Under the pieces are notes generated by a model. It saw only the letters and a program-made list of their open reading frames with translations. It had not been told where the DNA came from and searched no databases. Positions 41,520 to 51,939 of a DNA stretch of 64,000 nt are shown here, piece by piece. A program made the position numbers and the translations under genes. The stretch spans positions 93,932,001 to 93,996,000 of the forward strand of contig NC_087472.1 in NCBI RefSeq assembly GCF_036321535.1, written 5' to 3'. Positions within the stretch are counted from its first letter, which is position 1; each line of letters begins with the position of its first letter. This DNA is from Camelus dromedarius (lineage: Eukaryota).

Positions 41520-42820
41520 ACAGTATACATGTAGGCAATTATGCTTTTGATATTTCTGACATTGCTTTAGAGTCCTTAAATCTGGTTCCTGTGCAGCACT
41601 TAGTGGTTTTAACACATTCCAGAAGCTCTTTTACCTCTAAATCAAACCCTCTTGCAGCCCATAGATGTAATAATTGGACTGTACATCATCATTTTAGCTT
41701 TCATTATTGCGTTTTTTATTAATATGTTTCATCTTTGTTGTATTTGTATTTAATTTTGAGGTGTTTTACAAGCACCATTTATAAATATAATACAATATGA
41801 TGTCTGTGTGTGTTTCCTCTTAAATATGTACAAATAAGCCTTGTTACATTAAGTGCTAGCTGTGCCCACAGTGAGGGACTAGTTTACGGAAGGAATACTG
41901 GAAGATGTATGAGTGATTTCACTGTTACTGTCAATCTTCTTTCACGCTTGTATCCCCCTCACAGAGTGCTTCCATGAAACTAAGGGAGACAAGGGAAACT
42001 GGACCAAGAATATCCCTCCTATGCTTACTGTGCATATGTTCTAGATAAGAAATGAAAGGATGATATTTGTAGGATCATTAGCTTACAGTCTATTGACTAG
42101 GACCCATACTCAAATATGTGAATTTAGATCAGAGGTTGACAGATTTTTTTTCTTTGAAAGGCTAAATAATTAATATTTTATACTTTTGAAGACCATCTGG
42201 TCTCTGTCTCCACTACTCACTCTGCTGTAGTAGAATGAAAGCAACCATAGATCATACAGAAGTGAATGAGTGTGACTCTATTCAAAAAAACTCACCTCTT
42301 TTATTTACAAGATCAGGCAATGGGCCAGATTTGGTTTGAGAGCTTGTCAACCTACTGGTTTAGAGGGTAGGTTCTCATGCCCATATTCCCCAAGGCAAAG
42401 TTCCACTGACATAAAATCAGAACAAAAAAAATTTAAGTAATTATTGTCAAGCTATTCAGTGATACATGAAAAGTGCATGTTTATAACTAAAAATTGATAC
42501 TCAGAAACTAGGTTACTTGTGTATTAAGTGATAAATTAATTGAACAGAGGAGGACATAATGCACTAAAGAATAGTGGAGGTACAAGTGGAAAAATCTTAT
42601 ATATACTTTGTGAAAATACAGATAATTTGAATGTTACAGATAATTTTCTATGATTGTATATTCTTTTATGCTGAATTCATTTATGTGTATCCTGATACAT
42701 TGATAAACATCAACTAGAATGCACATCTGAATTCTCTTGGGAATTTTAAGAATCACAGATAAAGCATTTCCATTTATGGTCATGGCAGAATAACTGATAA
42801 TAAAATTGCTCCCCACCTTC
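41520..42820 (+). pseudogene. Copy I: EBLL N-terminal region, split by MER58A
   Basis: VQHLVVLT~IQSLVIAT; SEGLVYGRNTGRCMSDF~SQGLVMGRHNVSVSSDF (41870-41920); G*VLMPIFPKAKF~GHTLLSIFRAEF (42365); VLSDKLIEQRR~IVSDKAIISSRR (42521); VMAE~VVAE (42779). Confidence 0.8.
42129..42358. mobile_element. MER58A-like hAT MITE
   Basis: Terminal inverted repeats cagaggttgaca...tgtcaacctactg; internal ggtctctgtc.c.actactca.tctgc. Confidence 0.75.
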
Positions 42821-43920
42821 CACCATGAATAACTAGAAAAATGGACAAAATATGTGAAACAACTCTTTTCAAACTTGAAGACCTACTGGTGCTGGATCCC
42901 TGAGAGAAGGAAAAGAACAAGGTGAGCCCGGCAATAAGTAGCCCCAGAGTTCAGTCCCAGGCATTCACTAGACTTCACTGAGCACAGTGGACTTTCCAGG
43001 CATAAGAGACAGAAAGGGGGAGGGTGTAGCTCAGTGGTAGAATGCACGTCTAGCATGCAAGAGGGCCTATGTTCAATCCCTAGTACCTCCATTAAAAGCA
43101 AACAAACAAACAAACCTATTTACCTCCCCTCACCTAAAATAAATAAATAAATAAAATGGACAAAGAAATTTAAAAAAGAGAGAGAGAGAGACAAAAGTTT
43201 GGAGAGCTGAGGTGGCTGCAGTTTGTCAGGCAGTGTACCAGAGCAGAGAGATTTCTATACTGAATGAATCCCATATATCTGAATTGGGGTCATCTGGAAC
43301 ATGTGGCTGAAAAAGTGTCACACGCATTAGGTGAGACTTCTCAGGGTTGGACAAAAGACAGCTATCAGAGAGCTAGAAACTGAACAGTCCTCAAAGTTCA
43401 CATGGGGCTGGAACATAACCAGAGTAGAGTAGCCTTATTGATTACCCTGAGAATTCAGTAGAGATTCTAGAAAGGCCACATTATAGGAGCAAGATTATAC
43501 TATGCCTAGAATAAAAGCTAACCTAGCTTAGCTATCAATAAACTATCTTAACAAAGCTTAGAAAAAACTCTCAACAACAAAAAATGCTGATATGCAAGTA
43601 CATAATTGTCAAAAATGAAAGTCATTACTCTTTCAAGGAAAACAACAAAATATGGACAACATTAACATTCATAATATGTACCGTCCAATGAATAATTACT
43701 AAACATACATATAACAGGAAATATGACTTATAACCAGAAAAAAAATCAATGAAAATGATCCAGAATTCACAGATATGATAATATTAACAAATAATTTAAA
43801 CAGTTATTATAAACATGATTAAGAAAACAAAGGAAACATGAATATAATCAAGAGAGAAATATAAAGTTTAAAAAAAAGCAGGAAAATCAAAAGGAACTTG
43901 TAGACCTGGAAATTATGCTG
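42820..43920 (+). mobile_element. Old L1 5' region separating EBL copies I and II
   Basis: ctagaaaaatggacaaaatatgtgaaacaac.. is typical of L1MC/MD 5' ends, followed by A-rich ORF1 start. Confidence 0.65.
43016..43195 (+). mobile_element. Camelid-type tRNA-derived SINE
   Basis: gggggagggtgtagctcagtggtaga (A box)..gttcaatccctagtacctcc (B box), A-rich tail, agagaca flanking duplication. Confidence 0.85.
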
Positions 43921-43979
43921 TGGCTGCATTCCTTCTCTCTCTCTGCTTGTCCTTGACCTGCCAGGAATCAGGAAATAGT

Positions 43980-44650
43980 TATAGCTAATGCTCTGTTGCT
44001 AATTTTGCCTCGCTTGGCATATTTAAATGAAATATTCTTAATACTGTATATTTCTGTTCACTTTTACTGGAGATTGTTCCACTCTAAAAAACTCATATCT
44101 AGTATACTTAACGACTGAAATTATTTAAAAGAACTGAACTAATTTTGACTATTAAACCTATTTCTTAAATCAAATGTGACATGTATGTTTAAGTTCCAGT
44201 GAAACAAAATCATCAAACGTCATTCAAAGCTAATTTTTTAAAGTATGTAGCTGTGCTACATACTTGAAAGTTAAATCTGAGTCTGATTAGAGGATGTTTC
44301 TCCTTAATTCACTTTCATTTTCCCTTTCGGAAAGATTTGAGTACCTGTTCTATATTTGACAAGGATAATTTACTATATTTTCTCAAGCAATTTCTGGATG
44401 TTCCAAAGATATATCAGTAACCATCATATGCACCCATAATTAATGCTGGAGTTGAGTCAGCATTCAAAAAGTATGGCCTTTGGATGGCAACTCTTGGCTG
44501 AATTCCTAATGTTCTGTTTCAATTTCTGATGAGGTGATGAAGTGGAAAGCTTGTACGATGTAATTTTGCCATATGTTTCTTTTGGGATTTTTGAAAGAGG
44601 ATCAACGGCTTAAAATCTCCAGATGAAAGAAACATTTCAGCTTTTCAGAA
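43980..44650 (-). pseudogene. Copy II: EBLL extreme N-terminus (approx. first 250 aa)
   Basis: D/SFKNP~DQSLKNP; GKITSYKLSTSSPHQ~GTEVSFCLKSSSLPHH; DLTFKYVAQL~NMSLQFIQSL; MTFDDFVSLELKHTCHI~MTYNHFLAAADTAKSRCHL (~44210). Confidence 0.7.
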
Positions 44651-44676
44651 ACTAGAACGAGGAAGGTCAAAGCTAA

Positions 44677-44684
44677 TTTTTTTA
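44677..44684 (-). terminator. Candidate viral transcription termination/polyA signal (T3-like TAAAAAAA)
   Basis: TA7 on the minus strand ~10 nt after the G stop codon, at the G/L junction; could also be a chance A/T run. Confidence 0.35.
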
Positions 44685-44694
44685 AAAAAAAATT

Positions 44695-45670
44695 TTACCT
44701 GACATATCTGAATCCATTACAAATAAATCTAAGTAGACTGGTGGTAATACTTATTAGGACTACAACTACATGATACAAAAGATGTGAAATATAGTATAAG
44801 TCATACACATTCTACATTTTCAGTATTAGGAACAGATTCACTCAAATTTGTTTTCCAAAGATCAGCATAATGCCAGTACTTTAAAATGTAAATATCACAA
44901 TCTAAACAAGCCAAAAATGGCTCCTTTTTCTGCCACCATCATGGGTCATACGCACGCTCCCAGGAAGGGCCTGTCCCAGTGCAGTCTGCCCTACTGCTGC
45001 AGCCCCCTACCCCACCCCCGCTGAAGTTGATGTGTGACAACGTGAAAGAGCGGATCTACACACTGGCCAAGAAGGGGGCTGACTCCATCACAAATTGGTG
45101 TGGTCCTGAGAGATTGACAAGGCATTAACACAAGTATGTTTTGTGACAGGCAGTAGAATCTTGAGGATTCTTAAGTCCAAAGGACTTGCTCCTGATTTTC
45201 CTGAGGCTCTCTATTACTAATTAAGATTTCTGTTGCTGTTTGAAAGCATCTTGAGAGGAACAGAAAGAATAAAGATGCTAAATTCCATCTGATTCTGATT
45301 GAGAGCCGTATTCACTCGTTGGCTCAATATTGTAAGACCAAACGAGTCTTCCCCCACAATTGGAAATATGGGTCATCCACAGCCTCTGCCCTGGTTGCAT
45401 AAATTTGTCTGTGTACTCAAGCAATAAAATCATTGTGTAACTAGAAAAAAAATAAGCCAAAACCATGGTGAGACTCAATTTATAAATGTAATATTTTTCA
45501 ATAATTACCTTTTAATAATCCCTGCAGTAATCCTAATACTTAACTAATAAATTCATTTTGGATGATCGTCAATGGTTAGGATTTGCTTAATAGTTAATCT
45601 TTATAATATTTGCAGAAAATGAGCATTAACCCTAAAGAACATCAGTTTCTAAATGTTTGAAATGCTTTAA
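44695..45670 (-). pseudogene. Copy II: G C-terminal part including the transmembrane anchor, interrupted by the RPS13 retrocopy
   Basis: KLMFF..HFL~RVMWF..YFL (~45640); DLYYISHLLYHVVVVLISITTSL~[22 protein letters not shown] ending FRYVR* at 44695. Confidence 0.6.
44921..45452 (+). pseudogene. RPS13: RPS13 processed pseudogene
   Basis: 5' TOP ctcctttttc, ATG 44941, [30 protein letters not shown] (45402), AATAAA 45423, polyA, TSD aagccaaaa; frameshifts and stops. Confidence 0.95.
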
Positions 45671-45779
45671 GCAGCATTCTTTTAATAAATGCAATAACAT
45701 ATATACACATTTTTAGAAAAAAAAATTAAAGAACATTCTGATGAACCAGCCAAATGATCAAACATTATGTTTTCTAAGG

Positions 45780-46360
45780 CATGAGGACATTTTTAAAGGC
45801 CTTCTACCTACCCAGCCAGGATAAAGAAAATGTTAGAGTATTCCAAAGGAATTACTTAAAACAAAAACACTAGGATCATATTGAAGTCCCCTGAATCTTC
45901 CTTTAGTTTTATATTTCTGGTGGTAGTGATCTTATTTCACCTGTAAGTTACCTGTCTGTACCTTTCGATTTTCCCATTGGGATCATTTTGTTTTTCTAGA
46001 ATAATCAGAAGCCACTATGTTCTATCCCCCACCCGTACCCTATTAAGAATGTAAATAATACTTAGTCCAGCTCAACTAGAAAGTTGTTCTACTTTTGTAT
46101 AAAGTACATATCTTGTACAGAAAAAGTATACATTATTCATTGTGTCATGTTAGCTATGTCTTTTTCAGAAAATATATATTTACTATCACAGAAATTTCCA
46201 AGATTGTAATGGAGCCTGTTTATTATTACAATAGTATGACCTTTTTCAAACTTGTGTCTCCATTAACTATTTTTTTCATTGATTTTCAGGGCAGAGTGTG
46301 GTTCTTGTTACCACTTGCAAAGTATTTTGCACAATTTGATCTAGTTTATTTTCGCTCAAC
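45780..46360 (+). pseudogene. Copy II: middle of G, inverted relative to the rest of the copy
   Basis: ISGGS..VTC~LTNGS..VTC; CFSRIIRS furin-like site; FFRKYI~FLRSWL; NSMTFF~NESTYY; FFIDFQGRVWFLLPLAK~YFLNDEGRLQTNTPEAR (ORF 46095-46487). Confidence 0.75.
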
Positions 46361-47129
46361 ATTTGAGTGTGAAAATTTCCAAATAGAAAATTTGAAACAC
46401 TTGAATCAGGAATATCCAGATGACTACCATTTAAATTCTACAGTTCCTGACATCTTATATTTGCTTTCTCTCTTATCGTATGTCTAGCCATTCCTGTTTC
46501 CATACATCAATCTGTCTTGTTCTTTGTTGCATTTTACCCCTAAACACATCAGCATGCATATCTTTATCTAGAGTCAGTGTTTGTTTTCAGACCTGTTATT
46601 CTTCGAGGCAAACGTCACACACAGTGAAGTGAACAAATCTTAAGTGTACTGCACCTTGAGTTTTGACAATAGCCTACACTGTGTAACCAACCCCTCAAGA
46701 TATGAAACAGATGCAAATTCCCATCAAGATATGAAACATTTCCATCATCCCAGAGACTTTCTACATGCTCTTCCCAAGTCAGTTCCTTAGAAGTAACCCC
46801 TTTCTGATTTTCTCCAGAGTTTAGTTTAGGCTTAGCCTAATACCTCTGCTTCCGGTTTCTCCACATACAAGTAGTCCATTTTTCACACTGTGCTATGACA
46901 TTATACCACTTCTGGTATAGTAGTGAAAATAAAACAAAGAGACAAAAGGATATAAACTAAAAATAATCGACCTGCCATTAAATAATGATATTATCATAAC
47001 ATTCCGCATCCGTTACAAATTGATCCCAAGCTTCCTTTCTAGCATTACTTACAGCATTCCCCATGATTTCCATCAATTCTACAATCACACCGAGCTATCT
47101 CTTATTTTCTGAATAAACCCTAAGTATTA

Positions 47130-47330
47130 TACTGCTATCTTGGGTCATACACAAGCATTTAATAGATTTAATAGTCATAGTTTTGGCTGTCTGAGCATCC
47201 GTGACATGGAGTAAGTTTAAATACAGCTGAATGACAGATTTGAACCACAAGGTCGGCAAAACTGACTTGTGAAATCAAGTCCTACAGTAAGTGAATGAGC
47301 ACAGCTAGCTCCATACAGCTGCCTCTCAGT
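47130..47330 (-). pseudogene. Copy II: G N-terminus
   Basis: LYGASCAHSLTVGL..FC..SFSCI*TY~LQGLSCNTDSTPGL..LC..VISCEVSY; IKCLCMT~LKYHCKT. Confidence 0.75.
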
Positions 47331-47349
47331 GTAATGACATTTGTTATAC

Positions 47350-47744
47350 ATCAAATAGACATCCACTCTCACTAAGATTTTGAAGGGATTGCTTAAATTT
47401 TTTCCCTACGTTTTAAAAAGGAAATCGTAAGCTATAAGGAAACAGATTACAAGAGCACAGCCTTAGGATTTATTCCTCATCTATATAAATGTTCTACCCT
47501 AGTTACTTCTCTGTGCTGCAAAAAATAGGAAAATAAACTTTTAATCTTATTCTAAATGTGTTAGTTTCTATCATAGCCTTTTATGCCTTTTCTTAATTAC
47601 CTATTTACATGCTAATTCTTCCTTACAAATTAAAGAAAATTAGAAAGCATCCCACATACTTGAAATGCTGTAGATTGCCTTTTAGAATATGTAATTGAGC
47701 TATTTCTTTCTAAGCAAGATAAAAGAGGATTTTTTAGAGACCAT
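47350..47744 (-). pseudogene. Copy II: matrix (M) remnant with start codon
   Basis: ATG at 47744: MVSKKSSFILLRKK~MNSKHSYVELKDK; RE...YIDEE~RE...TIDVE. Confidence 0.65.
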
Positions 47745-47756
47745 GATGAATTCGTT
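47742..47756 (-). promoter_or_regulatory. Candidate viral transcription start signal (S3-like) before M
   Basis: aacgaattcatcATG resembles the recalled BoDV-1 atcgaatcaccATG preceding M. Confidence 0.45.
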
Positions 47757-47899
47757 ATATATAGAAACTAATACCAATCTGATATCTTAAAAATGTATCT
47801 TATATACATAATTATTCATTTTTCTTTCATCTATTTTGAATGTTTTTCTCCCTTATATAAGCTATCCCATGAGCTGTGTTCACACAAATTCAAGAACAA

Positions 47900-48830
47900 A
47901 ATAGGGAAGGATACATTTTTTTCCCTCATACTAACGATTTCAGTCAATTGTATTTAAGGAATCAAAAAAGATTGGAAACAGGTCTTCAGATATCTTTATC
48001 TCACAGGAAATTTCTTCTATTTGACTGACAATGAAACTGCCCAGTTTTGAGAGATTCGTATAGGAGTTGATAAATGTACAACACGTAAATGAGACTCATA
48101 ACAAATATAAACTGATTTTTAAAATCATGTTAGTACTATTAGAGGTAAACTCCTCAAGCAAGCTAAACTGATGTGGAAATAATAATTTTTAAAAAACCTT
48201 TCAAAAGAGTTCATGAGATGCACAATACATGATATCCTATTATCCACAGACAGTGTTTGCATTAAATTAGGAAGGACAAGGTAGAATCTAAGAAGCATTT
48301 GTGGTTAGGACTTTTCATCACCCCTGAAAACTACAGTACTTATGTGTGTTGGGTGAGTGGGCGGGGTTTCTTTAACTCTTCATTTTATCAGGTAACTTCC
48401 ATTATTCACCGTTTATTAGCTTTCCATGTATTTACTCGCTGAGTAAGCATTGCTAATCTAATGGCCCATCCCATTGATTGAGCAATAATAATGAATTAGT
48501 GATGTCATTGTGCTTCGAAAGCCATGGGCTCTTCTTTTTTGTGTACTCTTCTATCACCATGAGGTATAAGGTGAATCCATCAGGTCCACCTAATGACTAG
48601 TGGTGACTTGTTATGTTTTTCCTCTCTCTCTCTACATATATACACACACACACATTATATATATATATAAAATCTGGGAAAATGAAAATGCAAGCTAATA
48701 ATACCCAATGGAGTTTTGAAGGTTTCAGGAAAATAGCCCAATTGGGTCTAAAATTAAAAGTTACACAGATCAAATGAAATCCTGTTATGCTTGAAGGGCA
48801 TCCTAGGATAATAAGAGCAGGAACTGGCAT
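47900..48830 (-). pseudogene. Copy II: EBLN; only a short, uncertain P remnant follows (~47770-47890)
   Basis: LGCPSSITGF~VGGSDPHPGI; FRPNWAIFLKPSK~IRQNAVALLDQSR (ORF 48597-48830); MKS*RNPAH~MAALNRPSH; NSYTNLS~RSFPNLA (~48055). Confidence 0.7.
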
Positions 48831-49330
48831 GTCTTATGCCGAAGCACCACAAGCAATTTAATATGAGGAAGGGAGAGCTGGGAGAGATGAGAACTAGATC
48901 ATGTCATGTCTTATATGTTATGTTAAGAACTTTGGATATTATCCTATAAATGAGATTACAATGAAAAGAACATGTTTTTAAAACTGAATCAGAATGTTGT
49001 ACACTTGAAACTTATATAATATAGTACATCAACTATACGTCAATTTTTAAAAAAAGAATATGTTTTGGATGTGTTTTATGTATCTGGTTGGATATGGCCA
49101 TTAGACAGTTGGATATTTCAGGTGAAGTTTTGGAGACAGAGAATGTTAAACTTTTCAGTGAGGTCTGGTTGTACAGTGGAGCATCTCTGAAGGGAAAAGT
49201 GGGCCTGGGTCTGAGCAAGTCAGGAAAAGGCTTCCTGAAGAGGTGACACCTGAGCTGGGGCCTTAGGTAGGTGTGGCCCCAGTTCTTCCCTGTCCTGGTA
49301 TCCTCACCCTTTGTCATGTAACTTTGTATT

Positions 49331-49792
49331 TGTGAATGAAAAATACTGCAAGTTGTATCAGTCAACAAAGAATGCTGTGGCCATCAAGTCATCAGCCACC
49401 TCAGGATGCAGACAAGCAGGGAGGCCAGCCCCTGCAGCCACCCTGAGGGGACTCAGAATATGAAAGGGCAGGAGACTGGCCCTAGATGGCTAGGTACTTG
49501 TCAAAGGAATGAATTTAATGAGCCCAGACTTTTGCTCCTTCCCATACGTACAGAAGAGCACTAAATTCTTTAACTTGAGATGTCTGGTTTTCTTTTTAAT
49601 GTTCCGACTACCTGGTCTTTGTTGTAAAACTCCTATATATCCTGGCTCCTCCCCTACCTCTTCAGAGCAGTCCCTCAGAGCAATCTGGGAGGCTGTCATC
49701 CCGGGCTTCAATGGATTTGAGTCCTCAGAAATGTCCACCTAATAAAACGTAACTCTCGACTTTCAGGTTGTGTGATTTTATTTCAGTTGACA
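49331..49792 (+). mobile_element. ERV1-class solo LTR
   Basis: TG..CA ends, TATA (~49634), AATAAA 49741, 4-bp TSD TATT; same family as 62646-63139. Confidence 0.9.
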
Positions 49793-49989
49793 TATTCTTC
49801 TTCCTTCCCTGGCCGTTTTAATTCTGGACTCAAGCAAGTGGCTAGCTTTAGACTTCATGATGTTAGAATGCATCTGGCAAAAGGGTGTGTTTTATTAATA
49901 CCGTCTACCCAGTTATCTACCAGGATCAAGCTGTGAGGTTAGGCATGAAGGGATAGCACCTCAGTGCTGAAGGCCAGTGAATCTTACAG

Positions 49990-50190
49990 ACCTCATCCAT
50001 CCGAATCACTGAAGTAGGTGGTTTTTTTTAAAATACAGTTTCCTGAATTCTACCCTCAGAGGTTCTACTTCAGTGTATTTGAAGTGCAGATGTAGGAATT
50101 TGCATTTTTATATCTGCATTTAAAAAAAACAACCCAAGAATAACTCCATAGGTAACTATGATGTTCAATTAGATTTGATAACTCTTGTTT
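49990..50190. mobile_element. MER5-like hAT fragment
   Basis: gaatcac..aaaatacag..ccctcagaggttct..ggaatttgcatttt. Confidence 0.55.
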
Positions 50191-51026
50191 GGGTGTAGAG
50201 AGAAGGTGCTTTCTGCAAAGCCTGGACTAGAGCCAAGGAGAAGCACCTAGGGTGCAACATTGAAGGAGGCACTTGCTCTCAAGGATTCAGGTATACTTGC
50301 ACACAGCTTTCTTGCCTGACCTTAGTCCTGATTTTCGGCATTCAGAAAAAATGCAAGCTTAGGCAGGGGTCCCTTGCTCTGTCGATACCCTGATTCCCTG
50401 TCTCACCTCACTTGCAGGCTCGCTCTCCAAACTACCCTAATTACTATCAGGTCGCTTGCTTGCTAACCCTGAATGAACCCTTGTTGCCAGTCCTGAATTT
50501 GTAGCCAGTCCCAGCACCCACATTTCTATCTTATGCCTCCTTGGTGACCACATCTCAATCAGAGACAGCTTGTTGCTGGAGAAAGAGATTTGAATGTGAT
50601 CAGCGTAGAGATGAGGGTGAATAGTGGAGAGTGGAGAAAATTTACCCATGGGAAAACTGTAGAGGAAGAAAAGCAGTGGACAAATGATGAAACCAGAGAT
50701 TCTTGAATATCTTGTTTTCTGTTTGTACCAGTTACAGGGAAAATTAGCTTACTCTCCACGGCAGAATCTACTGACTACAATTCTGAAAATTACCAGCAAG
50801 GAGAAGTACAGTGTGCTATAAAAGCCATAATGACGGGGAAAAAGGAGAGCAGAGGGTGAGCCCTTGAGCTTGTCAAATAGAAAGGAAATGACAGTCAACA
50901 GTTTGTTTCTGGTGCTCGCTGTGTGCTGGGTACTATTCTAAATTGTATATATCCTCACTTCATCCTCACAACCAGTTGGAACTGAGGAAGGTCGAGTAAC
51001 TTGACAAGCTAGTAAGTTAAAACAGA

Positions 51027-51183
51027 TTTTCTTTTTCTTTTTCTTTTTTTCTTTCTCTTCTTCTTTCTCTTCTTTCTTTCTTTCTTTCTTTCTTTTTCTT
51101 TCTTTCTTTCCTTCCTTCCTTCCTTCCTTCCTTTCCTTCTTCTTTCCTTCCTTTCTTCCTTTCTTTCTTTCTTTCTTTTTTTT
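51027..51183 (+). repeat. (TTTC)n/(TTCC)n microsatellite inside a MIR (~50890-51245)
   Basis: Directly visible; flanks are MIR-like. Confidence 0.9.
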
Positions 51184-51939
51184 GTTTAAGAGTAGATTTT
51201 TTTTACCCAGGTCTTCTGGCTGCAGCATCTCTGCTGTCAACCATCACTCCCTCTCTGCTTAAACTAGTTCCATAGTTTTCAGAACTTAGCTAGTGAGATC
51301 ATGATGATATTTTAACATCTTACAATTTCTGCTATAGTCTTCCTGGCCTTGCATTAGAAACAACTAATATACTACATTTCTTTGCTTCAGTTTGCACTAG
51401 TAGGTTCTGATTTTTTAGTAATTGAAATAGTGATATTAACCATAACAAATGGAACATTAAGTATGCCTATTTATTAAGTTAACTGTTAGCTATTAGGAAA
51501 GCACAAGCTATTTAAAGTCTTTTTAAAATGAAAAATTCACAAAGGAAGTAGAAATATTAAGAAAATTTAAAATAAAGATGTCCTATGATAAAGATATCCA
51601 GGTAGTTAATCTTTCTGACATGAGTTTCCTCATCTGTAAAATGGTGTCTACATTACAGAATAGTTTGGGAGTCGAGCTTGTGTTCATAGAACATCCAATA
51701 TAATTTTGGCAAACTAACTTCTCAATATTTTGTATACTTCATTAAGAAATATATATGGAAGTACAACTCAAATGAAAGATATTCCAAACATAATGACTGC
51801 TATAAGGAAGAGAGACATTATTGTGTAGCTGTTAGTAGAACATTAAATTGTCTTACCTTCATTCACTTCACAAAATATAATTTCATGTAAAATTTAAAAT
51901 TTAGAATAATGATATCTTAGTGTCAGGTTTAGAGTACTT

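Noticed and set aside
43021..43090. tRNA gene
   Set aside because: tRNA-derived SINE head with degenerate stems and an A-rich tail
47945..48070. P-like RLETGLQ..DSYR on the + strand
   Set aside because: Overlaps the minus-strand N match (NSYTNLS), which is colinear with the rest of copy II; likely chance, though not fully excluded
50938..51240. 100-aa K/E/R-rich ORF
   Set aside because: Translation of the (TTTC)n microsatellite
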